From positions 981,444-1,045,443 of the forward strand of contig NZ_LT906450.1 in NCBI RefSeq assembly GCF_900187265.1: 64,000 nt of DNA. The letters run 5' to 3'. Numbering within the stretch: the first letter of the stretch is position 1; each line of letters starts with the position of its first letter. The notes under the pieces were generated by a model. It was given only the letters and a program-made list of their open reading frames with translations. It made no database searches and had not been told where the DNA came from. Origin of the DNA: Rhodococcus rhodochrous (GTDB lineage: Bacteria; Actinomycetota; Actinomycetes; Mycobacteriales; Mycobacteriaceae). Made by a program: the position numbers and the translations under genes. Shown piece by piece: positions 21,070 through 29,223 of the stretch.

Positions 21070-22575
21070 TCAGGACGGCACACCGAGCTTCCGGTACCGC
21101 TCGATCCGTCGCCGGTAGCGGTCCTCCGCGGGTTCCTCGGTGAGGATCGCGAGTTCGCGGGCGACCGCGGCACCGACCCGCTTGACGAACGAGACGGGTT
21201 CCTCGGTGGCGTCCGGACGCTCGGGGACGACCGCGTCGACGACACCGTTGCGCAGTAGGTCGCGGGAGCGGATCCCCTGATCCTGCGCCATGGCCGGTGC
21301 GTGGGTGGTGTCGCGGTGCACGATCGCGCTGGCACCTTCGGGCGGGAGCGGCGCGAGCCAGCCGTGCTGCGCGCACAACACCCGGTCGGCGGGGAGCAGG
21401 GCGAGTGCGCCGCCGCCGGTTCCCTGGCCGAGCAGCACCGACACCGTCGGAGTGGGCAGGGTGACGAGATCGGCGAGGCAGCGGGCGATCTCGGGTGCGA
21501 GCCCGCGCTCCTCGGCCTCCTTCGACAGCGACGCACCGAGGGTGTCGATGACGAGCACGAGCGGCAGGCGCAGTTCGTCGGCGAGACGCATCGCGCGGCG
21601 GGCCTCGCGCAGCGCTCCCGGCCCCATCGTGCGTTCGGGTGACTGTCCCGCGCGGTCCTGACCGAACATCACGCACGAGACACCGCGGAACCGGGCGAGC
21701 GAGAGCAGGACGGTGCGATCGGACTCTCCCTCACCGGTCCCGGACAGGGGGACCTGCGCGGAGGCGGCATGACGCAGCAACTGCCGGATACCGGGCCGTT
21801 CGGGGCGTCGACTGAGCATCACCGACTGCCAGGCCGGGATGTCGGGCACGTCGTCGACGGTGGTGATCGCCGGACTCGACGTCACCTCGGGCCGGTTCCC
21901 CTCGACGAGCACGCGCAGCAACCGGTGCACGACCTGCCGCACACCGCCGATGGGCACGACTCCGTCGATCACGCCCTTGCGGTACAGGTTCTCCGCCGTC
22001 TGGACGTCCTCGGGGAAGTTCTCCTGGTAGAGCGCCTTGTAGACGCGCGGGCCGAGGAAGCCGACGAGCGCGCCCGGTTCGGCGGCGGTGACGTGCCCGA
22101 GCGACCCCCACGACGCGAACACCCCACCGGTCGTCGGGTTGCGCAGGTACACGAGATAGCCGAGGTGGGCGGCCTTGTGTGCGGCGACGGCGGCGGCGAT
22201 CTTCACCATCTGTACGAAGGCGAGGGTGCCCTCCTGCATGCGGGTGCCACCCGAGGTGGGCGACGCGAGCAGAGGTAGTCCCTCGGCGGTCGCGCGCTCG
22301 ACGGCGGTGACGATGCGTTCGGCGGCGGCGACACCGATCGAGCCTGCGAGGAAGGAGAATTCGCACACGATCAGAGCGACCCGGCGGCCGTGGACGGTGC
22401 CCGAACCGGTGAGCACGGATTCGTCGACCCCGGACTTCTCGGCGGCCCGCTCCAGATCGGCGAGGTACTTCTCGCCCGCCCCGACATCGATCGGCGGAAC
22501 GTCCCAGGAGACGAAGCTTCCCGGGTCGAGCACCTTGTCGATGAACTCCTGCGCCGAGATCCTGCCACCGGCCAC
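21070..22575 (-). CDS. accD3: Acyl-CoA carboxylase carboxyltransferase, fused beta(AccD)-alpha(AccA)-like (Rv0904c AccD3-like)
   Basis: 501 aa. The N-terminal half is AccD-like and the C-terminal half is AccA-like. It has a GTG start with RBS GGTGGAGG. Confidence 0.8.
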   Translation of the reverse strand: MAGGRISAQEFIDKVLDPGSFVSWDVPPIDVGAGEKYLADLERAAEKSGVDESVLTGSGTVHGRRVALIVCEFSFLAGSIGVAAAERIVTAVERATAEGLPLLASPTSGGTRMQEGTLAFVQMVKIAAAVAAHKAAHLGYLVYLRNPTTGGVFASWGSLGHVTAAEPGALVGFLGPRVYKALYQENFPEDVQTAENLYRKGVIDGVVPIGGVRQVVHRLLRVLVEGNRPEVTSSPAITTVDDVPDIPAWQSVMLSRRPERPGIRQLLRHAASAQVPLSGTGEGESDRTVLLSLARFRGVSCVMFGQDRAGQSPERTMGPGALREARRAMRLADELRLPLVLVIDTLGASLSKEAEERGLAPEIARCLADLVTLPTPTVSVLLGQGTGGGALALLPADRVLCAQHGWLAPLPPEGASAIVHRDTTHAPAMAQDQGIRSRDLLRNGVVDAVVPERPDATEEPVSFVKRVGAAVARELAILTEEPAEDRYRRRIERYRKLGVPS

Positions 22576-22615
22576 GTCGCCTCCACCTGTCCTCGTCCGT
22601 CGACGTCAACCTATA

Positions 22616-22693
22616 CCGACGCGAACGAGGGGGAGGTTGTGTGCGCGTTCTTGCGACAAACCGCACATATCCTCCCCCTCGTTGCGGGGTCGG
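22616..22693. terminator. Long nested hairpin directly after the ABC-2 permease stop. The outer stem is AACGAGGGGGAGG/CCTCCCCCTCGTT extended by CCGAC/GTCGG, and there is an inner stem-loop.
   Basis: Inverted repeats read from the sequence. It lies between the 3' end of the ABC cassette and the accD3 5' region. Confidence 0.45.
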
Positions 22694-23887
22694 TTATCGG
22701 CCGAGGGCTTCCTTCCACGTGACCGTCCGGCCGATGCGCAGGATCGATCGCTGGTAGATGCGCGCGGCGATCACACTGAGCACCGCGATGGCGGCGACCA
22801 TCAGAACGATGGTGCCGACGATCTGCAACGGTGTGGCCACCCCTGCCGCGATACGCAACGGCATGAGGATCGCCGAGAACGGCGGGATCCAGCTCAGCGT
22901 GGTGCTCCATCCGGCCTCGGGATCGTCGACCGACGAGAACGCCGCGAAGAACATCGCAAGGATCAGCATCACGAGCGGACCCGAGGTGGAGTTGACGTCC
23001 TCCTGCCGCGACACCATCGACCCCGCCGCCGCGTAGAGGACGGCGAAGAACGCGAAGCCGAGGACGAACCAGCCGAGGGTGCCGGCGAGCACGCCGAGGG
23101 CGGTGCCGGTGATCGTGAGGGTGTCGGTGGCGAGCGCGGTGCCGACGCCGACCACCCCGTAGGCGGTGAGTTGCAGGAGCCCGACCGCACCGATGCCGAG
23201 GATCTTGCCCCACAGCAGCTGCAGCGGACGCAGCGTGGACAGCAGCAGTTCGACGACGCGCGAGGACTTCTCCTCGACGACACCCATCGCGACGTACATG
23301 CCGAACATCAGGATCTGCATGTACAGCAGGACCACGGCGATGATCGAGAGGATGATGCGTTGTCCCTGTTCGGGATCCGGCGGGTCGAGGGCGTCGACGG
23401 TCACGGTCGCCGCGGACACGTCGGCCGCGACCGCAGTGGGATCGACGCCGCGGTCGGTCAGCGCGGCGACCTGGGCCTGCTGCACGACAGCTGCCTCGAC
23501 GACGGCGCGGACGTCGGTGTCGAGTTCCGATTCGGTGATCGCCGTGACGGACGCCCCGTCGCCGGGGACGAGCGCGACGTCGAGGTCGCCGGAGGACACC
23601 TGTTCGCGGGCGGTGGCGGCGTCGGGCACGTCGGAGACCTCGAGCGGAGTGCCGACGGTCTCGCCGAGCGATTCGATCGTCGTCTGCAGCGCGGGTGCGC
23701 CCACGACTCCGACGGTGGGCCGGTCGTCGTCGCCGCCGGACAGGACCGAGGTGGCGACGATGCCGACGACGATCGCGACGAGGATGATCGCGTTGCTGAT
23801 CAGGAAGCTCTTCTTCTGTACCTGCGTGACGAACTCGCGTGACGCGACGAGACCGACCGCGCGGGCGTTGCTCAACGGGGCGCTCAT
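22694..23887 (-). CDS. ABC-2 family transporter permease
   Basis: 397 aa (MSAPLSNARAVGLVASREF...) with a large N-terminal extracytoplasmic loop and six C-terminal TM segments. The ATG overlaps the ATPase stop (ATGA). Confidence 0.75.
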   Translation of the reverse strand: MSAPLSNARAVGLVASREFVTQVQKKSFLISNAIILVAIVVGIVATSVLSGGDDDRPTVGVVGAPALQTTIESLGETVGTPLEVSDVPDAATAREQVSSGDLDVALVPGDGASVTAITESELDTDVRAVVEAAVVQQAQVAALTDRGVDPTAVAADVSAATVTVDALDPPDPEQGQRIILSIIAVVLLYMQILMFGMYVAMGVVEEKSSRVVELLLSTLRPLQLLWGKILGIGAVGLLQLTAYGVVGVGTALATDTLTITGTALGVLAGTLGWFVLGFAFFAVLYAAAGSMVSRQEDVNSTSGPLVMLILAMFFAAFSSVDDPEAGWSTTLSWIPPFSAILMPLRIAAGVATPLQIVGTIVLMVAAIAVLSVIAARIYQRSILRIGRTVTWKEALGR

Positions 23888-24774
23888 GCGGAAACCACCT
23901 CTCGGAACAGCTCGGTCAGGGACGGGCGCCGGAGCGAGAACTCGTGGACCGGGCCGGTGGCCAGCGCCGCCTTGAGGATCAGCTGGTCGTCGGCGCCGGG
24001 GGTGACGGTGAGCACGGTGCGTTCGTCCTCGTACTCGGCGTGGGTGACGCCCGGCAGGCCGTGCGCCCATCCGCGGGGTGCCTGCGGCGCGTGGACGACG
24101 AGGAGCGCATCGCCCTTGGACCGCAGGTCGTCGACGGTGCCCACGGCGCGCATCCGGCCCGCGCCGATGATGCCCACGCGGTCGCACAGGCGTTGGACCA
24201 GGTCGAGTTGGTGGCTCGAGAACACGACCGGCACACCCTCTTTCGCCTTCTCGAGCAGGACGTCGCTCATGACGTCGACGGCCACCGGGTCGAGGCCGGA
24301 GAACGGCTCGTCGAGGACGAGGACCTTCGGGTCGTGCACGAGGGCCGCGGCGAGCTGCACGCGTTGCTGGTTGCCGAGCGACAAGGCGTCGACCGTATCG
24401 CCGAGACGTTCGGCGATACCGAGCCTCTCGGTCCACCGCTGCACCGCCTCCGATGCCTCCGACTTCGAAAGTCCGTGCAGCCGGGCGAGATAGGACAACT
24501 GCTTGCCGACCTTCATCTTCGGGTACAGGCCACGTTCCTCGGGCATGTACCCGATGTTGCGGCGCATCCCGAGGTCGACCGGTTTCCCGTCGATGCGGAC
24601 CTCGCCGGAGTCGGCGGCCAGGACGCCGAGGGTGATCCGCATGGTGGTGGTCTTGCCGGCCCCGTTGCTGCCGACGAAACCGAACAACTCACCGGGGCGG
24701 ACTTCGAAACTCACGCCGTCCAGAGCGATCTTGTCGCCGTAGCGCTTCGAGAGATTGTCGATCGTCAGTGTCAC
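23884..24774 (-). CDS. ABC transporter ATP-binding protein
   Basis: Walker A GSNGAGKTT, signature LSLGNQQRV, Walker B VLVLDEP. The GTG start overlaps the upstream gene's stop. Confidence 0.85.
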   Translation of the reverse strand: MTLTIDNLSKRYGDKIALDGVSFEVRPGELFGFVGSNGAGKTTTMRITLGVLAADSGEVRIDGKPVDLGMRRNIGYMPEERGLYPKMKVGKQLSYLARLHGLSKSEASEAVQRWTERLGIAERLGDTVDALSLGNQQRVQLAAALVHDPKVLVLDEPFSGLDPVAVDVMSDVLLEKAKEGVPVVFSSHQLDLVQRLCDRVGIIGAGRMRAVGTVDDLRSKGDALLVVHAPQAPRGWAHGLPGVTHAEYEDERTVLTVTPGADDQLILKAALATGPVHEFSLRRPSLTELFREVVSA

Positions 24775-25307
24775 AGCAGGTCCTCCGGATCGTCGTCGGG
24801 GCGGGTCCAGGCGAGCAGCACGGCGGGCAGGCAACCGCTGAACAGGATCGAGGCGAGCGCGAGCCCACCCATCGAGTACGCGAGGGCCTGGTGGTCGAGG
24901 GAGTCGATCGAGGCGCCGAAGAGCAGGGTGAAGATGGGGATCAGCAGAAGTGCCTGTGCCACCGACAATCCGATCGAGCGGGCACTGTTGCGCTCGGCGA
25001 TCTCGCGTTCGTCGAGCGCATGGCGGGGAGCGTCCGACTGGCGTCCGGAGACGATCTGCAGGCAGGTCCAGGCGGGCAGGAAGATCAACGCGGCCGGCAG
25101 CCACACGATCGCTGCCGCCATGGTGAAGTACGAGGCGATCGCGACGGCGAACATCAACGCGATCAGCGCTACGACGGCGACGGCGAGGATGCGGCGGCGA
25201 CGTCGGGTACGCCAGTTCGGCATCCACCCCCCGGTGATCTCCTCGTTCTTCAGGAACCTGCGGGTGCGGTATTCCTCGTAGCGGTCGAGCAGGGATCCTG
25301 TGGTCAT
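24771..25307 (-). CDS. Small integral membrane protein, possibly DUF2975-like, usually partnered with an XRE regulator
   Basis: 178 aa with 4 TM segments. ATG with an AAGGAGG RBS 1 nt after the XRE stop. Confidence 0.6.
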   Translation of the reverse strand: MTTGSLLDRYEEYRTRRFLKNEEITGGWMPNWRTRRRRRILAVAVVALIALMFAVAIASYFTMAAAIVWLPAALIFLPAWTCLQIVSGRQSDAPRHALDEREIAERNSARSIGLSVAQALLLIPIFTLLFGASIDSLDHQALAYSMGGLALASILFSGCLPAVLLAWTRPDDDPEDLL

Positions 25308-25308
25308 C

Positions 25309-25581
25309 TCAGGCCTCCTTCCGAGGCTTGTACAGCTCGGTCGACAACGGCGTGAACTCGGTGCGGGAGAAGACGGCCTCGACCGGTAGTCCGAAGACAT
25401 CGCAGATGCGGAAGGCGAGATCGAGACTCGGATAGTGGTCGCCGCGTTCGAGTGCGCCGACGGTCTGCGGGTTCACGTCGATGAGCGCGGCCAGTTGTGC
25501 GCGGCTCATGCCACGCTCCGCGCGCAGCACGCGGATGCGGTTGTAGATGGGGAGAGTTTCCCCACGACGTACCGGACTCAT
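25309..25581 (-). CDS. XRE family HTH transcriptional regulator (Cro/C1-type)
   Basis: IRVLRAERGMSRAQLAALIDVNPQTVGALERGDHYPSLDLAFRICDVFGLPVEAVF is a canonical HTH_XRE. It is the first gene of a four-gene cassette. Confidence 0.75.
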   Translation of the reverse strand: MSPVRRGETLPIYNRIRVLRAERGMSRAQLAALIDVNPQTVGALERGDHYPSLDLAFRICDVFGLPVEAVFSRTEFTPLSTELYKPRKEA

Positions 25582-25585
25582 GGAA

Positions 25586-25613
25586 CAAAGTGTTGTGAAA
25601 ACACAACACTTTG
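25586..25613. promoter_or_regulatory. Perfect AT-rich palindrome CAAAGTGTTGTG-AAAA-CACAACACTTTG, 5 bp upstream of the XRE start and just after the Hsp15-like gene end. Candidate operator and/or intrinsic terminator.
   Basis: Read directly from the sequence. It has 12-bp perfect arms, a 4-nt spacer and about 40% GC, in a genome of about 69% GC. Confidence 0.5.
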
Positions 25614-25650
25614 TCAATGGGTGACGACGGATCGATACATCGTGGACTTG

Positions 25651-26028
25651 TCAGTCGTCGTCGGCGAAGCCGCGAAGACGGTCGAGTTCGCGGCGTTCCT
25701 TCTTCGTCGGACGACCCGCCCCGCGGTCACGGCGGGGGAGCGCCGCCAGGACTTCCTTCGGCGGAGGCGGGGGACTGTGATCGATGTAGGCGGTCGCGGC
25801 GATCGGTGCACCCACGCGCTTGTTCATCAGCTGGGTGACCTCGACGATCTTCTCCGTACCGTGCGCGCGTACGCGGACTTCGGCGCCGATCGTCACCGGC
25901 GTCGACGGTTTGGCCGTTACCCCGTCGACGCGGACGTGCCCGGCGCGGCACGCGCTCGCCGCAGCGGACCGGGTCTTGAACAACCGGACCGACCACGTCC
26001 AGCTGTCCACGCGCACGCTTCCACCCAT
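25651..26028 (-). CDS. S4 domain RNA-binding protein, Hsp15 (HslR)-like
   Basis: WSVRLFKTRSAAA...G.VRVDG is S4-like, and the C-terminal RPTKKERRELDRLRGF resembles the Hsp15 tail. The ATG abuts the ABC-F stop. Confidence 0.75.
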   Translation of the reverse strand: MGGSVRVDSWTWSVRLFKTRSAAASACRAGHVRVDGVTAKPSTPVTIGAEVRVRAHGTEKIVEVTQLMNKRVGAPIAATAYIDHSPPPPPKEVLAALPRRDRGAGRPTKKERRELDRLRGFADDD

Positions 26029-27666
26029 CTACAGCAACTCCTCGCTCAGCTTCCCGTCGTCGAGCATCCATCGACGTGTCGTCCGTGTGGTCTCCAGCAT
26101 GCGGCGATCGTGCGTGATCAGCAGCAGAGTGCCCTCGAAACTGTCGACGGCCTGCTCGAGTTGCTCGATCGCCGGCAGGTCCAGATGGTTGGTGGGTTCG
26201 TCGAGCACCAACAGATTGACGCCGCGTGCCTGCAACAGCGCGAGCCCCGCGCGGGTGCGTTCGCCCGGCGACAGTGACGACGCCGTCCGCAGGACGTGGT
26301 GACCCTTGAGAGCGAACTTCGCGAGCAGGGTCCGCACGTCGGCGTCCGGCCAGTCGGGCACGTTGCGACCGAACGCCTCGACGAGCGGTTCGTCGCCCTC
26401 GAACAGGCTGCGGGCCTGATCGATCTCGCCGACGAGCACACCCGAGCCCAGCGACGCGCGACCGGAATCCGGTTCGATCGTGCCGAGCAGCAACCGCAGC
26501 AGAGTGGACTTCCCGGCGCCGTTCGGACCGGTGACGACGATGCGATCGCCCCACTCGACCTGCGTGGTGATCGGCCCGAGGACGAAGTCACCCCGCCGGA
26601 CGACGGCCTCGTCGAGGGTCGCGACCACGGTGCCGCTGCGCGGGGCGGCGGCGATGGCCATGCGCAGTTCCCATTCCTTGCGAGGCTCCTCGACGACGTC
26701 GAGCCGCTCGATGCGCCGCTGCGTCTGACGCGCCTTCGCGGCCTGTTTCTCGGTGGCCTCCGCGCGGTGCTTGCGTCCGATCTTGTCGTTGTCCTTGGAC
26801 TTGCGGCGCGCGTTGCGGACTCCGTGTTCGAGCCAGTTGCGTTGCATCCGGGCGCGTTCCTCGAGCTGCGACCTGGTGTCGGCGAACTCCTCGTACTGTT
26901 CACGCGCGTGCCGGCGTGCCACCTCGCGCTCGACGAGATACGCCTCGTATCCGCCCTCGTAGACCGAGATCTGCTGTTGCACGGGATCGAGTTCGACGAT
27001 GCCCGTCACGGTGCGTGCGAGGAACTCGCGGTCGTGGCTGACGACCACCAGTGCCGTGCGCGTCTCGTCGACGAACCGTTCGAGCTGTTCGAGGCCGGCC
27101 AGATCCAGGTCGTTGGTCGGTTCGTCGAGCAGGAGCACGTCGTAGCGCGAGAGCAGCAGCGCCGCCAACCCGGCGCGGGCGGCCTGACCACCGGAGAGCG
27201 ACGTCATCGGAGCGTCGAGCCCGACGTCCAGACCGAGGTCGTCGACCACCTTCTCGGCGCGCTCGGCCAGGTCGGCGCCGCCGAGCGCCAGCCACCGTTC
27301 GAGGGCCGGGGTGTAGTCGTCCTCGCCGGAGTCGCCGAGGCGCTCGGCGGCGGCGTTCATGACGCGTTCGGCCTCGGCGACACCGGTACGCCGGGAGAGG
27401 AAGCCGAGGATCGTCTCGCCCGGCACCCGCTCGGGTTCCTGCGCGAGGTAGCCGATCGTGGCGTCGGGCGGGCTGAGGATCACCGAGCCGGTGACATCGG
27501 CGTCGCCGACCCCCGCGAGGGTGGTGAGCAGCGTCGATTTCCCGGCGCCGTTGGCCCCCACGAGTCCGATCACGTCGCCCGGTGCGACGGTGAGATCGAG
27601 TCCGTCGAACAGGACACGTTCCCCACGGGAGGCCGACAGGCCGTCGATACGAAGTGTTGCGCTCAC
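26029..27666 (-). CDS. ABC-F family ATPase (two tandem ABC domains, no TMD; EttA/Uup-like)
   Basis: Two Walker A motifs (GANGAGKST, GPNGAGKST), two LSGG signatures and a charged linker. Confidence 0.85.
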   Translation of the reverse strand: MSATLRIDGLSASRGERVLFDGLDLTVAPGDVIGLVGANGAGKSTLLTTLAGVGDADVTGSVILSPPDATIGYLAQEPERVPGETILGFLSRRTGVAEAERVMNAAAERLGDSGEDDYTPALERWLALGGADLAERAEKVVDDLGLDVGLDAPMTSLSGGQAARAGLAALLLSRYDVLLLDEPTNDLDLAGLEQLERFVDETRTALVVVSHDREFLARTVTGIVELDPVQQQISVYEGGYEAYLVEREVARRHAREQYEEFADTRSQLEERARMQRNWLEHGVRNARRKSKDNDKIGRKHRAEATEKQAAKARQTQRRIERLDVVEEPRKEWELRMAIAAAPRSGTVVATLDEAVVRRGDFVLGPITTQVEWGDRIVVTGPNGAGKSTLLRLLLGTIEPDSGRASLGSGVLVGEIDQARSLFEGDEPLVEAFGRNVPDWPDADVRTLLAKFALKGHHVLRTASSLSPGERTRAGLALLQARGVNLLVLDEPTNHLDLPAIEQLEQAVDSFEGTLLLITHDRRMLETTRTTRRWMLDDGKLSEELL

Positions 27667-27733
27667 GCTCCGAGTATCCCGGTCGAGGTGGAACCGGGTT
27701 CGGGCGCGGGTCCTCCGTGCCACGGGAGCACCG

Positions 27734-29097
27734 TCAGCTCCGGCACTCCGCGGGGACGACCCCCTCGTCCACCGGGTCGACTTCCGCCCCGTCCACCGGA
27801 ACGAGTTCGAGCGGATTGTCGATCTCGTCGCGCGGCGTCCGGGCCGCGACGATCACGATCATCGCCGCGACGGCCGGCACGATCCCCGCCACCGCGAAGG
27901 TCGGCGCGAGCCCGACCGTGAGGGCGAGCGGCCCGGCCACGGCCATCGACAGCGGCATGAACACGATCGAGACGAAGAAGTCGAGACTCGACACCCGGCC
28001 CAGCAGGTGCGCGGGCACCCGCCGTTGCAGCAGCGTCCCCCACACGACGGATCCGGCGTTGAACAGGGCGCCGACGACGAACACCGCCACGATCATGATC
28101 AGTACCGATCCCGAGACGCCGATGACGACGAGAGGGATACAACCCAGGCCCCACATCAGGAGCGGGACGGTGAGATAGCGCCTCGGCAGCCGCAGTGACG
28201 CCACGAGCATCGACCCGACGGCACCACCGACACCGAAACCGGCCATCACCATCGCGTGCTGCGACGGCCCGCCCCGGTCGCCTCGCGGATCGCGAACGGG
28301 ATCAGCACCTCGATCGGCCCGAGCACGCACAGGACCGCGACGGAACCGAACAGGAGGGTTCCGAGCAACCACGGCGTGCGCACGGTGAACCGCACACCCT
28401 CCGTGAGATCGTCCACCACGGAACGGAATCCGCTCGATTCGTCGCTCTGTGCGTCGTCACGGCGGACCGCGGTCGGGTGCATCGCGAGGATGCACAGCGC
28501 ACCGACCACCTCGAGGAGTGCGACCGTGCACATGGCGACCGCCGGGGACGAGGCCGCCACGACGGCGCTCGCCGCCGCCGGACCGGCCGCCTGCATGAGC
28601 GTCGGCCGGAGCACGCCCTCGACCCCGTTGGCGGCGAGCAGGTCCTGCGGCGGGACGATGGACGGCAACAGCGCCGAATAGGCCGGGAACTGGACCCCGT
28701 TGGCGAGCCCCAGCGCGAAACCCACGGCGGTGAGGTGCCAGAAGGTGATCGATCCGTTCACGGCGAGCGCAGCCGTCACCGCGACCAGCACCGCCCGTGC
28801 GATGTACGTCGCGAGGAGCAGGGTGCGCTGCGGGATCCGATCGGCGAGCACACCTCCGAGAAGTGCGACGAGGACCATGCCCACCGCCGGCCCCACCGCG
28901 ACGGACGACAGTTCGGCCGGGCCACCGCCCATCTCGACGACCTGCCACACCACCGCGATGAGCCAGGTGCCCACGGACAGCAGTCCCGCCGCGAGTGCCA
29001 GGATCAGCAGGCGGTACTGCGGATGAGCGAACGGCCGCACGGGCCCGCGCGCCAGGCGCGGACGCCGATGCGGCGGTGATGCGGTGTGGTTGCTCAT
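27734..29097 (-). pseudogene. MFS transporter (EntS-like paralog of the 4799-6067 gene), split into two frames by an apparent 1-nt indel near 28266-28270
   Basis: ORF 28246-29097 is the N-terminal half and ends ...IREATGAGRRSTRW*. ORF 27734-28372 is the C-terminal half and resumes ...GGPSQHAMVMAGFGVGG in another frame across a GGCCCGCCCC run. Confidence 0.6.
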
Positions 29098-29140
29098 CGT
29101 GTTCCCCCGGTCGTCGGACGGTCCGATGAGATCTTGCGAC

Positions 29141-29170
29141 CTCGAGGCGACTCGAGGCGACTCGAGGTCA
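29141..29170. repeat. Three tandem copies of a 10-bp unit (CTCGAGGCGA x2 + CTCGAGGTCA) in the MFS 5' region
   Basis: Read directly from the sequence. Confidence 0.5.
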
Positions 29171-29223
29171 AGTGTCTTCGCCTCTCGGGCGACCGATCAA
29201 CCGATTCTCGGTGGACGTCGCCG

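Noticed and set aside
19134-21536. 800-aa minus-strand ORF
   Set aside because: It is in a different frame from the acyl-CoA synthetase and accD3 genes on the same strand and overlaps the GPP34 gene antisense. Its sequence is low-complexity Arg/Pro/Ser-rich.
29141-29170. Possible CRISPR array
   Set aside because: There are only three 10-bp direct repeats with no spacers and no cas genes. This is not a CRISPR array.
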